DNA of 64,000 nt, from the NCBI GenBank assembly GCA_964236325.1, contig CAXSEC010000001.1, positions 53,325-117,324 of the forward strand, in the 5' to 3' direction. Shown here piece by piece: positions 38,345 to 50,129 of the stretch; the first letter of the stretch is position 1, and each line of letters opens with the position of its first letter. Under the pieces are notes generated by a model. That model ran no database searches. It was given only the letters and a program-made list of their open reading frames with translations, and was not told the DNA's origin. The stretch is from an uncultured Acidobacteriaceae bacterium. GTDB lineage: Bacteria > Acidobacteriota > Terriglobia > Terriglobales > Acidobacteriaceae. A program made the translations under genes and the position numbers.

Positions 38345-38363
38345 GCAAAGGAAAGAGATTTTC

Positions 38364-40406
38364 ATGTCTATGCAAGCGAAGAAACGCTCGCTGTTCGATC
38401 GGAAGATTATGCGGCGCGCCTCGGTCGACGCGCTCGCGAAGCTCAATCCTCGCGTGATGATGAAAAACCCCGTCATGTTTGTGGTGGAGCTGGGCAGCGT
38501 CTTAACGACGACACTGCTCTTGCTAAGCCTGATCACGCATACGGGGCATACACGCTTCAACCTGCAGATCACGCTTTGGCTCTGGTTCACGGTTTTATTC
38601 GCCAACTTTGCCGAGGCGATGGCGGAGGGTCGGGGCAAGGCGCAGGCCGATGCGCTACGGCTGGCGAAGTCAGAGACTACAGCCTACCGCGTGGATAAGG
38701 CAGGCAGCACAGAAGAGATCCCAAGTTCGCAGCTGCGAGTGGGTGACGTGGTTCGAGTTGTCGCAGGCCAGATGGTACCCGGCGATGGAGAGGTCATCGA
38801 GGGGGTGGCTTCCGTCGATGAATCCGCCATTACTGGCGAGTCCGCACCGGTAATCCGCGAAGCCGGCGGCGATCGGTCGGCGGTGACCGGTGGAACCCGT
38901 GTGCTCTCCGATGTTCTTTCCATACGAATCACATCGAACCCTGGCGAGACGTTCCTTGATCGTATGATCGCGCTGGTTGAGGGAGCAGAGCGCCAGAAGA
39001 CACCGAACGAGATCGCGCTGAACATTCTGCTTGCCGGTCTGACCATCATCTTCCTGCTGGCGGTCGTGACCCTGCAGCCGTTTGCTATCTATTCTGGCGC
39101 GCCGCAGACCGTCTTCGTGCTCATCTCGCTGCTGGTGTGCCTGATTCCTACAACGATCGGCGGTCTGCTCTCGGCCATTGGCATTGCAGGGATGGACCGG
39201 CTGGTGCAGCACAATGTGCTCGCAACCAGCGGGCGTGCGGTTGAGGCTGCAGGAGACGTCAACACTCTTCTGCTTGATAAGACGGGCACCATCACGATCG
39301 GGAACCGCCAGGCCACGGAGTTTGTTCCGGCGCCTGGCGTTACGGGAGCAGAACTGGCGGATGCTTCGCAGCTTTCCTCCCTGTCGGACGAGACGCCCGA
39401 AGGACGCAGCATCGTGATCCTTGCCAAGGAGCAGTACAACCTGCGTGGGCGTGAGCTTGGGCAAATGAACGCGGAGTTCATTCCCTTCTCAGCCAACACA
39501 CGCATGAGCGGCATTGAGGTGGATGGCCGCACTATCCGCAAGGGCGCGGTGGATGCGATTGCGAACTATCTGCAACAGCATGGCAGCCCAATGCCCCCTG
39601 AGGTTCGATCCGCGGTGGAAGACATTGCGCGCAAGGGTGGCACGCCGCTCGTGGTGGCCGAGAACGGCCGCGCCATGGGGGTTATCTACCTCAAGGACAT
39701 CGTCAAGGGCGGCATGAAGGAGCGCTTCGAGCAGCTGCGAGCGATGGGTATCCGGACCGTCATGATCACGGGTGACAATCCGCTTACCGCCGCGGCGATC
39801 GCGCGTGAGGCTGGGGTTGACGACTTTCTTGCTGAAGCAAAACCCAAGGACAAGATGGACCTGATCAAGCGCGAGCAGGCCGAGGGCAAGCTGGTTGCCA
39901 TGACCGGAGATGGGACCAACGACGCGCCGGCTCTGGCCCAGGCAGACGTCGGCGTCGCGATGAACAGCGGCACGCAGGCGGCAAAAGAAGCAGGCAACAT
40001 GGTTGACCTTGACTCGAACCCGACCAAGCTCATCGAGATCGTCGCCATCGGCAAGCAGCTGCTGATGACGCGCGGCGCACTGACCACGTTCTCGATCTCG
40101 AACGATGTGGCGAAGTACTTCGCCATCATTCCCGCCATGTTTGCCGGAGTCTTTCCTGTGTTGAACGCGCTGAACATTATGCACCTGCATAATGCGGAGT
40201 CAGCGGTTCTATCCGCGGTCATCTTCAACGCGCTCATCATCGTTGCGCTCATCCCGCTGGCTCTCCGTGGTGTTGGCTACCGGCCCATGTCGGCCGCTTC
40301 CCTGCTGCGCCGCAACCTTCTGGTTTATGGACTAGGGGGCGTTATCGTTCCCTTCATCGGCATTAAGCTGCTGGATATGCTGATCGTCACCTTGCACCTC
40401 GCGTAA
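38364..40406 (+). CDS. kdpB: K+-transporting ATPase subunit B
   Basis: [26 protein letters not shown]. Confidence 0.97.
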   Translation: MSMQAKKRSLFDRKIMRRASVDALAKLNPRVMMKNPVMFVVELGSVLTTTLLLLSLITHTGHTRFNLQITLWLWFTVLFANFAEAMAEGRGKAQADALRLAKSETTAYRVDKAGSTEEIPSSQLRVGDVVRVVAGQMVPGDGEVIEGVASVDESAITGESAPVIREAGGDRSAVTGGTRVLSDVLSIRITSNPGETFLDRMIALVEGAERQKTPNEIALNILLAGLTIIFLLAVVTLQPFAIYSGAPQTVFVLISLLVCLIPTTIGGLLSAIGIAGMDRLVQHNVLATSGRAVEAAGDVNTLLLDKTGTITIGNRQATEFVPAPGVTGAELADASQLSSLSDETPEGRSIVILAKEQYNLRGRELGQMNAEFIPFSANTRMSGIEVDGRTIRKGAVDAIANYLQQHGSPMPPEVRSAVEDIARKGGTPLVVAENGRAMGVIYLKDIVKGGMKERFEQLRAMGIRTVMITGDNPLTAAAIAREAGVDDFLAEAKPKDKMDLIKREQAEGKLVAMTGDGTNDAPALAQADVGVAMNSGTQAAKEAGNMVDLDSNPTKLIEIVAIGKQLLMTRGALTTFSISNDVAKYFAIIPAMFAGVFPVLNALNIMHLHNAESAVLSAVIFNALIIVALIPLALRGVGYRPMSAASLLRRNLLVYGLGGVIVPFIGIKLLDMLIVTLHLA

Positions 40407-40421
40407 GTGTTGGAGAGATCC

Positions 40422-40979
40422 TTGAAAGTCGTTCGCATTGCTTGCCTGTACACGTTCATCACGGCGATCCTGCTCGGCATTGTGTATCCCCTCGCCATCA
40501 CCGGGATCGCTCAGCTCACGATGCGGGAGAAGGCGAATGGGCAGCTGCTCACGCGTAACGGTCAGCCCGTCGGCTCAACGATCATTGGTCAGCCATTTAC
40601 CGGGCGTGGCTTCTTCCACAGCCGGCCTTCCAATGCTGGCACGGGGTACGACGCTTCGTCCTCCTCCGGCTCCAACTACGGGCCCACGAGCAAGGCACTG
40701 GTCGACCGAGTCGCGGCCAGCATCAAGGCGGAGACAAATGGCACCGCCGTTCCGGTGGATCTAGTAACTGCCTCAGCCTCAGGTCTCGACCCCGACATCA
40801 CGCCGGCAGCGGCGCTGTATCAAGTTGCCCGTGTTGCCGAGGAGCGCAAGATGGATCCGGAGCTCCTGCGGCATCTGGTTGCCGAACGGACGGTGGGACG
40901 GCAATTTGGACTGTTGGGTGAGGCTCGGGTGAACGTGCTTCAACTGAATCTTGCGCTAGCGTCTGCAGCAGCCAGGTAG
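40422..40979 (+). CDS. kdpC: K+-transporting ATPase subunit C
   Basis: ANG.L, FHSRPS, VTASASGLDPDI, VNVLQLNLAL; TTG start after GGAGAG. Confidence 0.95.
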   Translation: MKVVRIACLYTFITAILLGIVYPLAITGIAQLTMREKANGQLLTRNGQPVGSTIIGQPFTGRGFFHSRPSNAGTGYDASSSSGSNYGPTSKALVDRVAASIKAETNGTAVPVDLVTASASGLDPDITPAAALYQVARVAEERKMDPELLRHLVAERTVGRQFGLLGEARVNVLQLNLALASAAAR

Positions 40980-41333
40980 GCGGACTTTTGTCTTGCTTCC
41001 GCGTGAGTTAGGAAGCAGGCGAAGCGAGTGGCTGGTTCATACTTGTGGTGCGACGGCCCGCTGGATCTGCCATGGCACATGACGCGTGCATGTTGCATCG
41101 CGCGGAAGCGGGTGCGTTACTTACGGCCGTGTGCACGGCGCGAAGACCTGCGGGCAGAAGCAGAAGGACCACTCCGCTAGGCAGCCTGAACGATTTACGG
41201 CAACCACCGCACTTTTAACCGCCTTGTGACACATGCGCCACCATCTGAAGGCAAGCTCGAAAAGCACCCATCTTTTATCTCACCGTTCTTGTACCCGATC
41301 GAAGACTCGATCCTCAGCCTCCGGAGAAGAACC

Positions 41334-43382
41334 ATGATGCTTTCTACAAGAGGAAAAGCCAGTTGCGCCTCCCTCGCAGTCGCCGCCGTACTCGCTCAGC
41401 CGTTTGCCGCGCCTGCCCAGCAGGCAAGCACGGGGCATGAGGCAGCCAAGATCGACACCAACCAGGTCACGCTCGCTCCGCCGTCAAGCGCTGCTGTCTC
41501 GAAGCGCATGGTTCGCGTGGAAGACGCTCCCAACCTCACGCACGAACAGAAGCTCCTGCTGCTCCAGAAGAAGATCAAGTACGTCTTCGTCCTCTTCCAG
41601 GAAAACCGCTCCTTTGACTTCTACTTCGGCAGCTATCCTGGCGCCAACAACCTCTATTCGCAGTCTGCGGCGAACACCCCCGGCTTCATCCAGCCCTTCG
41701 TCAACACCAAGGGCCAGCTGACGACGATTCGCCCGTTTAAGATTCCGGCCTCGGTCACGGACGTGAATGGGAAGACTGTTCCTCTGTATCCGGCCGATAC
41801 CGCTTCGGTCAACCACAGCCATGTCCCGATGGACACGAAGCTCGATTTCGACAAACGGTATGTCGCGCACAACGATCGTTACTCGCTTGTCGAAGAAGGC
41901 GTCACGCTGGATAGCACAGGCAAGCCAACCAGCACACCCTCGCTTGAGCGCGAGCAGTTTGGCGAGTTGGTCATGTCCCACGTCGACTGCGACACGGTTC
42001 CCTTTCTGTGGAACTACGCGGATCGCTTCACCCTCTTCGACAACTTCTTCGATACTGTGATCGGACCCTCTACACCGAACGCCATCGCCATGATCGCTGG
42101 CCAGTCCGGCATGACGCAGTGGGTGAAGCATCCCGGTTTAGGCGCCAACTACACCACCACCAACGCGGCGCTTCCTGTCGTTGGCGACCCGCAGCCCTTC
42201 TGGGGATCTGCGCTTGATGTCTTTACGCCACCCTCTGAGAAGCAGCCGGTCGATAATCCCGGCGGCGTCTCCGCGAATCCCGCCTCGAATCTGACCTTTG
42301 CCACGTTGCCGCTCTCCTTTATGGGCCGCGACATCAACAACATCACGCAAGACGATCAGAATCCTGCCTTCGATCTTGAAGATGTTCAGGAAGACATCAA
42401 ACGCATTGCCGGCGATGATAACAAGGCCGTCAACTGGGCCTGGTTCCAGGAAGGCTACGACCACGAGCCTACGGATCCAACAGCTGCCGCTTCCAACACC
42501 GACTACATTGCGCACCACAACGCGCCACAATATTTTGGCTACGTTGCCAATAACCCCACCGAGACCAAGGCGCACCTGCGGGGTCTGGGTGACTTCTTCA
42601 CTACCATCAAGGCGAAGGAGCTACCGAGCGCTGGCGGCGTCTTCTATCTCCGCGGCGGCTACGGCAACCTCGATGGCCTGGTTCCGCAGGATCCTGACGT
42701 TGCTACCCGCGCCGACTTCAAGGGCAACGACGATCACCCCGCATACTCCGACGCGCAGATCTCTGAAGCCCTGCTCGCCGATGAGATCAATGCCATTGCC
42801 GCCAGCCCGTATTGGCCGGAGAGTGCCATCATCATCACCTACGATGAGACCGACGGCCTCTACGATCACACGACGCCGCAGATCCGTTCCTTTGACGCGC
42901 TCGGCCATGCACTCGATCAGGGTCCGCGCATTCCTGCCATCGTCATTTCGCCTTATGGCGTGGTGCACGCTGTCTCGCATGAACGGACGGAACACAGCTC
43001 AGTGATCAAGTTCATCGATGAGCTGTTCAAGCTGACGCCGCTGGCCGACTTGCCCGATGAAGCCTCGGCCCGCACGCAGGGCGAGAAGCTCTTCGGTCAG
43101 CCGAACCTTGGGCCCGCCGATGATAAGGTTCCAGGTGTCGGGGATCTCTTCACGGCCTTCGACAATGGGCGCCTCACCGGCAAGGAAGAGGTTCTTCCCG
43201 CCGAGTACGCGATGATCCCGCAGACGCTGGTCACCTCGCTGCCGCATCTGGGGGGAGCCGGCTGCCGCATCCTGCAGATCCAGCCGGATGACTTCACCCT
43301 CACCAACCCCGTTCCCGCCGACTTCAACCCACGGCCGGACATCAACCCGGGTGTTCCTACTTCGGGAACCTGGAAGTACTAA
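41334..43382 (+). CDS. Secreted phosphoesterase (AcpA acid phosphatase / phospholipase C family)
   Basis: QENRSFDFYFG, GPSTPN, ITYDE.DGLYDH, GPRIP; signal peptide. Confidence 0.88.
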   Translation: MMLSTRGKASCASLAVAAVLAQPFAAPAQQASTGHEAAKIDTNQVTLAPPSSAAVSKRMVRVEDAPNLTHEQKLLLLQKKIKYVFVLFQENRSFDFYFGSYPGANNLYSQSAANTPGFIQPFVNTKGQLTTIRPFKIPASVTDVNGKTVPLYPADTASVNHSHVPMDTKLDFDKRYVAHNDRYSLVEEGVTLDSTGKPTSTPSLEREQFGELVMSHVDCDTVPFLWNYADRFTLFDNFFDTVIGPSTPNAIAMIAGQSGMTQWVKHPGLGANYTTTNAALPVVGDPQPFWGSALDVFTPPSEKQPVDNPGGVSANPASNLTFATLPLSFMGRDINNITQDDQNPAFDLEDVQEDIKRIAGDDNKAVNWAWFQEGYDHEPTDPTAAASNTDYIAHHNAPQYFGYVANNPTETKAHLRGLGDFFTTIKAKELPSAGGVFYLRGGYGNLDGLVPQDPDVATRADFKGNDDHPAYSDAQISEALLADEINAIAASPYWPESAIIITYDETDGLYDHTTPQIRSFDALGHALDQGPRIPAIVISPYGVVHAVSHERTEHSSVIKFIDELFKLTPLADLPDEASARTQGEKLFGQPNLGPADDKVPGVGDLFTAFDNGRLTGKEEVLPAEYAMIPQTLVTSLPHLGGAGCRILQIQPDDFTLTNPVPADFNPRPDINPGVPTSGTWKY

Positions 43383-43400
43383 GTCAATTGCGGCACGCGA

Positions 43401-43432
43401 TCGGAGACCGGGTCTTCAGTCCCGGTCTCCGA
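43401..43432 (+). terminator. Stem-loop after the phosphoesterase gene
   Basis: TCGGAGACCGGG-N8-CCCGGTCTCCGA, a perfect 12-bp stem. Confidence 0.55.
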
Positions 43433-43453
43433 CGCATTTAGGGATGCTTTTCT

Positions 43454-44482
43454 ATGCGGATCTTTAGGCCACGTTTCGGCCTCGCAGCACTGCTGTTTGC
43501 TCTCTCTCTGCTTTCACCTGCGGCCGGCGCGCAGAGCACGCTTGCCAAGGTGAAGTCGGCTGGTCGGCTGACCTGCGGGATCGTTCGCGAGGAGCCTGAG
43601 TACTCCAATCTGGATGCGCATGGCAATCGTGCGCTCTTCGACGTTGATCTCTGTAAGGCAATCGCGATCACCAGTCTTGGTCCCGGAGCACGCTTTGACG
43701 TGACAGCATTTCCCGATGAGATCGCAGCACTGCAGGCGTTGAAGAACGGCACTGTCGATGCGATTGCCAGCGCCACTCCTTCCCTGACTAGTATGTCGAG
43801 CTTAGGGTTGCGCTTTGGTCGCACGATGCTCTTCGACTACCAGGGCCTCATGATTAACACTGCGATGGGTGTTCGGACGGCCGCCGATCTGGCGGGCAAG
43901 AAGATCTGCTATCTCACCGAGACAGAGATCGAGCTGAATCTGGTCCACGCCATGAAGCAGCGCCAGATTGCGTTCATCCCCTTCCCTTTTCAGGAGGAGG
44001 GCGAGATGGAGGCGGCGTTTCTCACGAACAACTGCGCTGCCATCTCAGCCGACGTGACGCAACTTGCTTACGAGCGGATTGCCTTTCGAGCCAAGGGCCT
44101 CGACTACGAGATACTGCCGGACGTGCTCGAAAAGGATCCTCTGGCCTCGGTCACACGCAACGCGGATCCGCAATGGTCTTTGCTGGTGAATTCGGTGGGT
44201 GAGGTGCTTGTGCAAGCAGAGGAGTCGAAGATCACCTCGGCGAATGTGGATGCGATGGCGTCTGGCTCTGATCTGCAGGTGCGCCGGCTGCTGGGAAGCA
44301 GTCCCGGTATCGGCAAAGCGCTGGACCTTGATGACGGATGGGCGCGGCGGGCGATTAAGGGAGTCGGAAACTACGGCGAGATCTTCAATCGCGACCTGGG
44401 TCCTGCCACACCGATGCGTCTGGCGCGGGGTCCGAACCGGCTCTGGACCGACAATGGCCTGCTGATCGCCGCACCACTCTAG
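43454..44482 (+). CDS. Amino-acid ABC substrate-binding protein (AapJ/BztA-like)
   Basis: STL.KVK..G.L.CG, FDVDLCKAIA, GVGNYGEIFNRDLG, RG.N.LW...GL..AAP. Confidence 0.85.
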   Translation: MRIFRPRFGLAALLFALSLLSPAAGAQSTLAKVKSAGRLTCGIVREEPEYSNLDAHGNRALFDVDLCKAIAITSLGPGARFDVTAFPDEIAALQALKNGTVDAIASATPSLTSMSSLGLRFGRTMLFDYQGLMINTAMGVRTAADLAGKKICYLTETEIELNLVHAMKQRQIAFIPFPFQEEGEMEAAFLTNNCAAISADVTQLAYERIAFRAKGLDYEILPDVLEKDPLASVTRNADPQWSLLVNSVGEVLVQAEESKITSANVDAMASGSDLQVRRLLGSSPGIGKALDLDDGWARRAIKGVGNYGEIFNRDLGPATPMRLARGPNRLWTDNGLLIAAPL

Positions 44483-44626
44483 ACTTGTTGCCGATGGCAT
44501 GGAGCGGCGAGGCAAGATGATCTAAGTGGGAGATAATGGCAGGGTGTCCCAGTCAGGGCAGGTTCGTCATGCCGCCGGGACGGTCCTGCCACTCAACCTT
44601 TAGAAATGTAATCGGAGTCTGCCGCA

Positions 44627-46273
44627 ATGAGTTCAGCAAACACCACCATGGAATCGACGAGCGCTGCCTGGTCTGCCCTGGCAGAGCACTTCAAGGCCGT
44701 TGAAGGACGCACACTGCGGGAGATGTTCGCTGAGGATCCGTCGCGCGCCGAACGGTACTCGCTCGAAGCTGCGGGTCTCTTTCTCGACTACTCCAAGAAC
44801 CGCTTGAGCGATGAGACGCTGCGTCTTCTGCTGGCGCTGGTTGAGCAATCAGGTCTGCGCTCCAAGATCGACGCCATGTTTCGCGGCGACAAGATCAACA
44901 TCACGGAGGATCGCTCGGTCCTTCACGTGGCGCTGCGAGCGCCGAAGACGGAGTCCATCGTTGTAGACGGTGTCGACGTAGTTCCTGAGGTGCATGCCGT
45001 TCTGGACAAGATGAGCGGTTTTGCCGACCGGGTGCGATCCGGTGCGTGGAAGGGCTTCACCGGAAAGCCGATCAAGACGGTGGTGAATATAGGCATCGGT
45101 GGGTCCGATCTGGGGCCGGTGATGGCGTATGAGGCTCTGCGCTTCTACAGCCAGCGATCACTCGACTTTCGTTTTGTTTCGAACGTGGATAGCACCGATG
45201 TTGTGGAAGCGACGAGAGATCTTGAGCCCGAGACGACGCTGTTTCTGGTGGCCTCAAAGACCTTTACGACGCTTGAGACGATGACTAACGCCCGCTCGGC
45301 GCGCGCCTGGCTGCTCGAAAGTGCGAACGGGCTGAAGGATGAAAAAGCGGTCGCAAACCACTTCGTTGCGATCTCAACCAACACCAAGGAGGTGCAGGCG
45401 TTCGGGATTGATGCGGAGAATATGTTCGGTTTCTGGGACTGGGTTGGCGGCCGATACTCGATGGACTCTGCCATCGGACTTTCGACCATGATTGCCGTTG
45501 GGCCAGAGAACTTCCGAAAGATGCTGGCCGGGTTTCATGCCATGGATGAACACTTCCGCACGGCCTCGTTCGAGAAGAATCTGCCGGTCGTGATGGCGAT
45601 GCTGAGCATCTGGTACAACGACTTCTTTGGCGCGCAGACCGTAGCTGTGCTGCCCTACGAGCAGTACCTGAAGCGCTTTCCTGCGTATCTGCAGCAGCTG
45701 ACGATGGAATCAAACGGCAAGCATGTGACACTTGCGGGAACTGCCGTAACGCATGAAACGAGTGCGATTTACTGGGGGGAGTCGGGAACGAATGGACAGC
45801 ACAGCTTCTATCAGCTGATCCATCAGGGAACGCGCTTGATCCCGGTGGATTTCATTGCTTTTTACCAGTCGCTCAACCCGTTGGGGAAGCACCATGACAT
45901 TCTGATCGCGAATGTGTTTGCCCAGGCAGAGGCACTTGCGTTTGGCAAGACAGCCGATCAGGTGAAAGCTGAAGGAACAGCTGACTGGCTGGTGCCGCAC
46001 CGCGTCTTTGAAGGCAATCGGCCCTCAAATGTTCTCCTGGCAAAGGAGCTTACGCCCGAGGTGCTGGGCACTCTCATCGCGCTTTACGAACACATTGTCT
46101 TTGTACAAGGCGTCGTCTGGCAGATCGACTCGTTCGATCAATGGGGAGTTGAACTCGGCAAGGTTCTGGCGAACCGCATCATTCCAGAGCTGGAAGGTGA
46201 CGGCGAACTGAAGCATGACAGCTCGACCGATGGCCTGATCGAGCGCTACAGAAAAGAACGGGCGGTCGTGTAG
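44627..46273 (+). CDS. pgi: Glucose-6-phosphate isomerase
   Basis: [44 protein letters not shown]. Confidence 0.98.
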   Translation: MSSANTTMESTSAAWSALAEHFKAVEGRTLREMFAEDPSRAERYSLEAAGLFLDYSKNRLSDETLRLLLALVEQSGLRSKIDAMFRGDKINITEDRSVLHVALRAPKTESIVVDGVDVVPEVHAVLDKMSGFADRVRSGAWKGFTGKPIKTVVNIGIGGSDLGPVMAYEALRFYSQRSLDFRFVSNVDSTDVVEATRDLEPETTLFLVASKTFTTLETMTNARSARAWLLESANGLKDEKAVANHFVAISTNTKEVQAFGIDAENMFGFWDWVGGRYSMDSAIGLSTMIAVGPENFRKMLAGFHAMDEHFRTASFEKNLPVVMAMLSIWYNDFFGAQTVAVLPYEQYLKRFPAYLQQLTMESNGKHVTLAGTAVTHETSAIYWGESGTNGQHSFYQLIHQGTRLIPVDFIAFYQSLNPLGKHHDILIANVFAQAEALAFGKTADQVKAEGTADWLVPHRVFEGNRPSNVLLAKELTPEVLGTLIALYEHIVFVQGVVWQIDSFDQWGVELGKVLANRIIPELEGDGELKHDSSTDGLIERYRKERAVV

Positions 46274-46323
46274 CAGGAGTCGCGAAGGAGGCCGGCGTTT
46301 CGCACGCGGAACGCCCGATTACC

Positions 46324-49300
46324 TCAACGATTCGGGACTGAGCTTGTCTTCGCCGCGTAGGAAGGGGCTCTTCCGTGAGCAGCCCGTGGCTGCGCGCGAG
46401 CAGCCACCTTTTCGGACCCGGTCGGCTCACCCGCGGTGGCGAGAAGCTCTGGCAGCCAGCGGGTTGCCAGCGGCGCCACAGTGCTCCGGGAGAGAAAGGC
46501 ATAGCCTCGGCGTTGCGCTGCCTGGGTAAAGTCAGCGCTGGCAAGAGCGTTCTGAGAACTCTGTTGATGGGCAACGCCGCGAAGATACGCCGCGTCGGGG
46601 AACTGGTCGCGTTCCTGCTCCACCTTAGACAAGGCCGCGAGTGCCTGCATTGGCTGCTGGGTCGCGAGTGCCTGCGCTGCATAAACCAGGGGGAGGAAAA
46701 GCTGCGTGCTGGTGGAGTGCGGAGACGCCCCTTCGAGAAGATGCGCCTCTGCACCCGCAGAGCCGTTTGTGTTCGGCGTCGAACAGAGGCTTGTAGCGAC
46801 TGCGAGATGGTAGGCCGCGGTATGGCCATATGGGAGCGGGTCCGCTTCACGAACGAGCGCAGGCACATCGGCGCAGCGGTTCGCCAGGGCGCGATCAAAG
46901 GCTGCCTGAGCCAGCATCATTGCCGCCGCACTTGTTGTGTCCGCCCGGCTTTCAGCCTGCTTAACTCCAACACGCCAGGCCAACGTGGCGGCGTCAAATT
47001 GGCCGCTATCGTCAAGCGCGAGTGCGTGATTGAAGAGTGCGTGCAGATCGTCTGAGCGGGACGGCGGTGCGGCGGGGTCTCCTTTGAGGTAGTATGCGAC
47101 GTCAGCGTCGCAATCACAGAACAGACCGAGGTCATGCGCCTTGCGGTCGAGAGCCAAGGCCTCTTGATACCGATCGAGGCCGATCAGAGCGAGGGCGGCC
47201 TCCGAGTACGCCGAGGCGCTCAGGGGGTAGAGCCGATAGGCCTGTTGCGCTGTAAGTAGCGCCTCCGTCATGTGGCCCTGCCGACGCATGACCTGCGCCA
47301 TGGCAATTAGAGCCAACTCATCCTGCGGTCTGGTATTCAGGAGTTGACGAGCGAGCGTGGCGGCGCGAAGCGGGTCCTCATCGCTCAGCATCGCCGCCGT
47401 GACCTGCGCCAGACCTGCAATGCGCGGTCCAGTGCGGCTGGAGGAGGCGAGCGCCTGTGCGGCAAACCGCGCGGCCGGAACCTCTGCGCCGGCGCGTGCA
47501 TAAAGCTCGGCGAGGCGAAGCTGAGCGAGCGTGAAGTCCGGAGCAAGTGTGACAGCCTGCTGGTAAAGAGCGGTCGCCTGAGACCTTTCACCTTCGGTGA
47601 AGGCAGCCTCCGCCTGTGCGAACAGGTTCAGCGCCGCCAGGTTTGAGGTAGCTTGCAGGCGAAGCGGTGTGGGGGACTTCGACTTGTCAGATGGAGAGAT
47701 CTCGCCGACCCGCGCACGAAGCGCCACGCTGAGCCGAGTGATGGCATCCAGAAGATCGCTCCGCTGCGAGGCGTGTTCTGCAATGCTCCCCAGGCGGTCG
47801 TTTGAAGTGACGTCAATCACATCAATGCGGATGTTGAAGCCATCCTCCGCCCGGGAGAGCTCCCCGTAGAGGTAAGCTCGTGCACCAAGACGCTGCGCGG
47901 CGACGTGTGGGCTCACTGTCCCGGGTGCGGCATGGTCTGTCAGAGCCACCTGCTTCTGGCCTGCAAGCAGTGTCGACAGGGCAAGCCAACGAACGCGCAC
48001 GGGCTGCGCCAACTCGATCTGGAGACCTTCGGCGACCACGTTGTCCAGCGTGGCATCTCCGGTGCGGTTGATGATAGGCGTCAGCAGTACCGTGTCGCTG
48101 GGTGCAAGTACGATCTGTCGGAAGCTTCCGGATCGTTGCAGGTAAATGCCAAGACCGAGGAGTATGAGAGCCAGGGTACCCGCACTGATGATCCAGGTGC
48201 GGAGCCTGGTGGTTGCCGGGAGAGCAGGCGGCTTGGTCGGGGATGCGGTCTCAGATCGTCCCGTTGATGCCGCTCGATGGCTGGCGGAGGAACCTCTTAC
48301 TGCAGTGCTGGAAACAGCACTTGGGGTCCTCGACGATGACGAACGCGATGGTCGCTCGTCGACGCCGGGATCCTCTCCAGACAGAGGGCGGGGGACGAGG
48401 GGGTACGTTGAGCCCGCAGCGTCAATCGATAGCGGCGCGGGAAACTTATCGGAAGAAGTCTTTGCCTCAGTAGGCGCCACGCGGTCGGCCTGCTGCAAAA
48501 AGGACACCGCATCCTGGCCAATGGCCTTGGAGGCCGGGTGAGTTGTACTCCCCGTGGGGGGCCTTTCCCTAGCGTCGGAGGCCGACGGATGAGGCCACAC
48601 GGCGGGCTCATCCTCTGCTTCATCAAACGAGGCTGTACGACCGGACCAAGCTTCTTCGCCAGACGATGGGGTAGTTTGAGCAGCGTCATGGTCTGGCACT
48701 ATGGGCGCCGAGTTGCTGGAGATGGAGATGTTGCGGGGGCGGCTTTCTGGTGTTGGCATGCGCCTTGGGCGGATGACGCTGTCCTGCTCGAACCACTCAG
48801 ACGATGGCGTGCGCGCTTCAGGAGTCGGTTCAGGTTCCTCCCGCACGCTGCTGTCCTTTGATTTTAATCTTCTGGGCTGCCGCGCCACCGGATCTGCCGA
48901 TGGGACAAGCGGCACCTCGGACCGGGGAAGTTTCCGCAGCCACTCCCCGTCGTCCCGGGTTGCCAGTTTCTGCAGGGCTTCCCGTACCTCGCGAGCTGCT
49001 TGAAACCGATCGGATCGAGGTTTTGCGAGAAGACGCATAATGAGGCGTTCGAGCTCGCGGGGAATGGCCACGTTCCAGGTCCGGATGGGATCGGGGGCCT
49101 GCGTTAGCAGGGCTTGGAAGGTGAGCGCCGTGGTCGCCCCACGAAAGGGCGTCTGCCGGGTTGCCATCTCGTACATCACGATGCCGAGCGAGAACAGATC
49201 GGATCGCGTATCCAGAGATTCACCGCGTGCCTGCTCAGGCGACATATAGGCAAGCGTGCCCACGGTGGATCCGACCGATGTGAGCTCGAGCGCCCGGGAA

Positions 49301-49827
49301 TCTCGTCCGCTTCGAAGAGCCATCGAGACCTTGGCAAGGCCGAAATCGAGAACTTTCACCTGTCTATCGTGCTCGGATCGTCCCTGGAGAAAGATGTTGG
49401 CGGGCTTAATGTCGCGGTGCACGATACCTTTTGCGTGGGCCGCCGAGAGAGCGTCGGCTATTTCCGCGCCGAATCGGACGATCTCTTCGGAGGAGCAGGC
49501 ACCCTGGAGAATGCGGTCCTTGAGAGTGATTCCATCAAGGATCTCCATGACAAGGAACGGTTCCCCGTCCTGCTCTCCCATATCAAAGATGGTGCAGATG
49601 TGTGGATGGTTTAGGGCAGAGGCCGCGCGTGCCTCAAGCAGGAATCGTTGCCGCATGCCGGGCGCTTGAAACTCATCATGCAGCAGTTTGACTGCGACGT
49701 GACGGTGAAGACGATCGTCCCAGGCGCGAAAGACGACCCCCATGCCGCCACCGCCCAGTTTGCCCAGGATCTCATACGGCCCGAACTTGTGCCCTATCTC
49801 GGGAAGCATGAAGACCTCTCCATTCAT
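46324..49827 (-). CDS. Hanks-type Ser/Thr protein kinase with TM segment and TPR-like extracytoplasmic domain
   Basis: LGGGGMG, VAVK, HRDIKPAN, DFG, YMSPEQ; long S/P-rich linker, one TM helix, helical repeats. Confidence 0.92.
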   Translation of the reverse strand: MNGEVFMLPEIGHKFGPYEILGKLGGGGMGVVFRAWDDRLHRHVAVKLLHDEFQAPGMRQRFLLEARAASALNHPHICTIFDMGEQDGEPFLVMEILDGITLKDRILQGACSSEEIVRFGAEIADALSAAHAKGIVHRDIKPANIFLQGRSEHDRQVKVLDFGLAKVSMALRSGRDSRALELTSVGSTVGTLAYMSPEQARGESLDTRSDLFSLGIVMYEMATRQTPFRGATTALTFQALLTQAPDPIRTWNVAIPRELERLIMRLLAKPRSDRFQAAREVREALQKLATRDDGEWLRKLPRSEVPLVPSADPVARQPRRLKSKDSSVREEPEPTPEARTPSSEWFEQDSVIRPRRMPTPESRPRNISISSNSAPIVPDHDAAQTTPSSGEEAWSGRTASFDEAEDEPAVWPHPSASDARERPPTGSTTHPASKAIGQDAVSFLQQADRVAPTEAKTSSDKFPAPLSIDAAGSTYPLVPRPLSGEDPGVDERPSRSSSSRTPSAVSSTAVRGSSASHRAASTGRSETASPTKPPALPATTRLRTWIISAGTLALILLGLGIYLQRSGSFRQIVLAPSDTVLLTPIINRTGDATLDNVVAEGLQIELAQPVRVRWLALSTLLAGQKQVALTDHAAPGTVSPHVAAQRLGARAYLYGELSRAEDGFNIRIDVIDVTSNDRLGSIAEHASQRSDLLDAITRLSVALRARVGEISPSDKSKSPTPLRLQATSNLAALNLFAQAEAAFTEGERSQATALYQQAVTLAPDFTLAQLRLAELYARAGAEVPAARFAAQALASSSRTGPRIAGLAQVTAAMLSDEDPLRAATLARQLLNTRPQDELALIAMAQVMRRQGHMTEALLTAQQAYRLYPLSASAYSEAALALIGLDRYQEALALDRKAHDLGLFCDCDADVAYYLKGDPAAPPSRSDDLHALFNHALALDDSGQFDAATLAWRVGVKQAESRADTTSAAAMMLAQAAFDRALANRCADVPALVREADPLPYGHTAAYHLAVATSLCSTPNTNGSAGAEAHLLEGASPHSTSTQLFLPLVYAAQALATQQPMQALAALSKVEQERDQFPDAAYLRGVAHQQSSQNALASADFTQAAQRRGYAFLSRSTVAPLATRWLPELLATAGEPTGSEKVAARAQPRAAHGRAPSYAAKTSSVPNR

Positions 49828-50071
49828 TAGCCGTGGGTGTAGCTCCTGGGTCGCTATGCCGGGCTAGCGAGCAGAAATGAGGATACTGCGGATGGTCTGC
49901 TTTACCTGTTGATCTAAGGTCAGGGGGCGACACGAAGGTACTCTTTTCTGGTCAGCGAGCGGCATTGGCAGGCCTCTTGCTCGCGTGGTTTGAACGAGGA
50001 AATTATAAGATACGAAGGCCCGATGAGAGAGGTTATGACGGAGCCAGCAGGTCGGCCTCCGCGCTTCGAGG

Positions 50072-50080
50072 ATGCTATAC
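50072..50080 (+). promoter_or_regulatory. Extended -10 promoter element for tRNA-Leu/secG
   Basis: TG-C-TATACT about 50 nt upstream of the tRNA. Confidence 0.5.
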
Positions 50081-50129
50081 TCAACCTCGGATTGGCCGTC
50101 TCGCCTGTGTCGCATCGCGCCGGGTGCAA

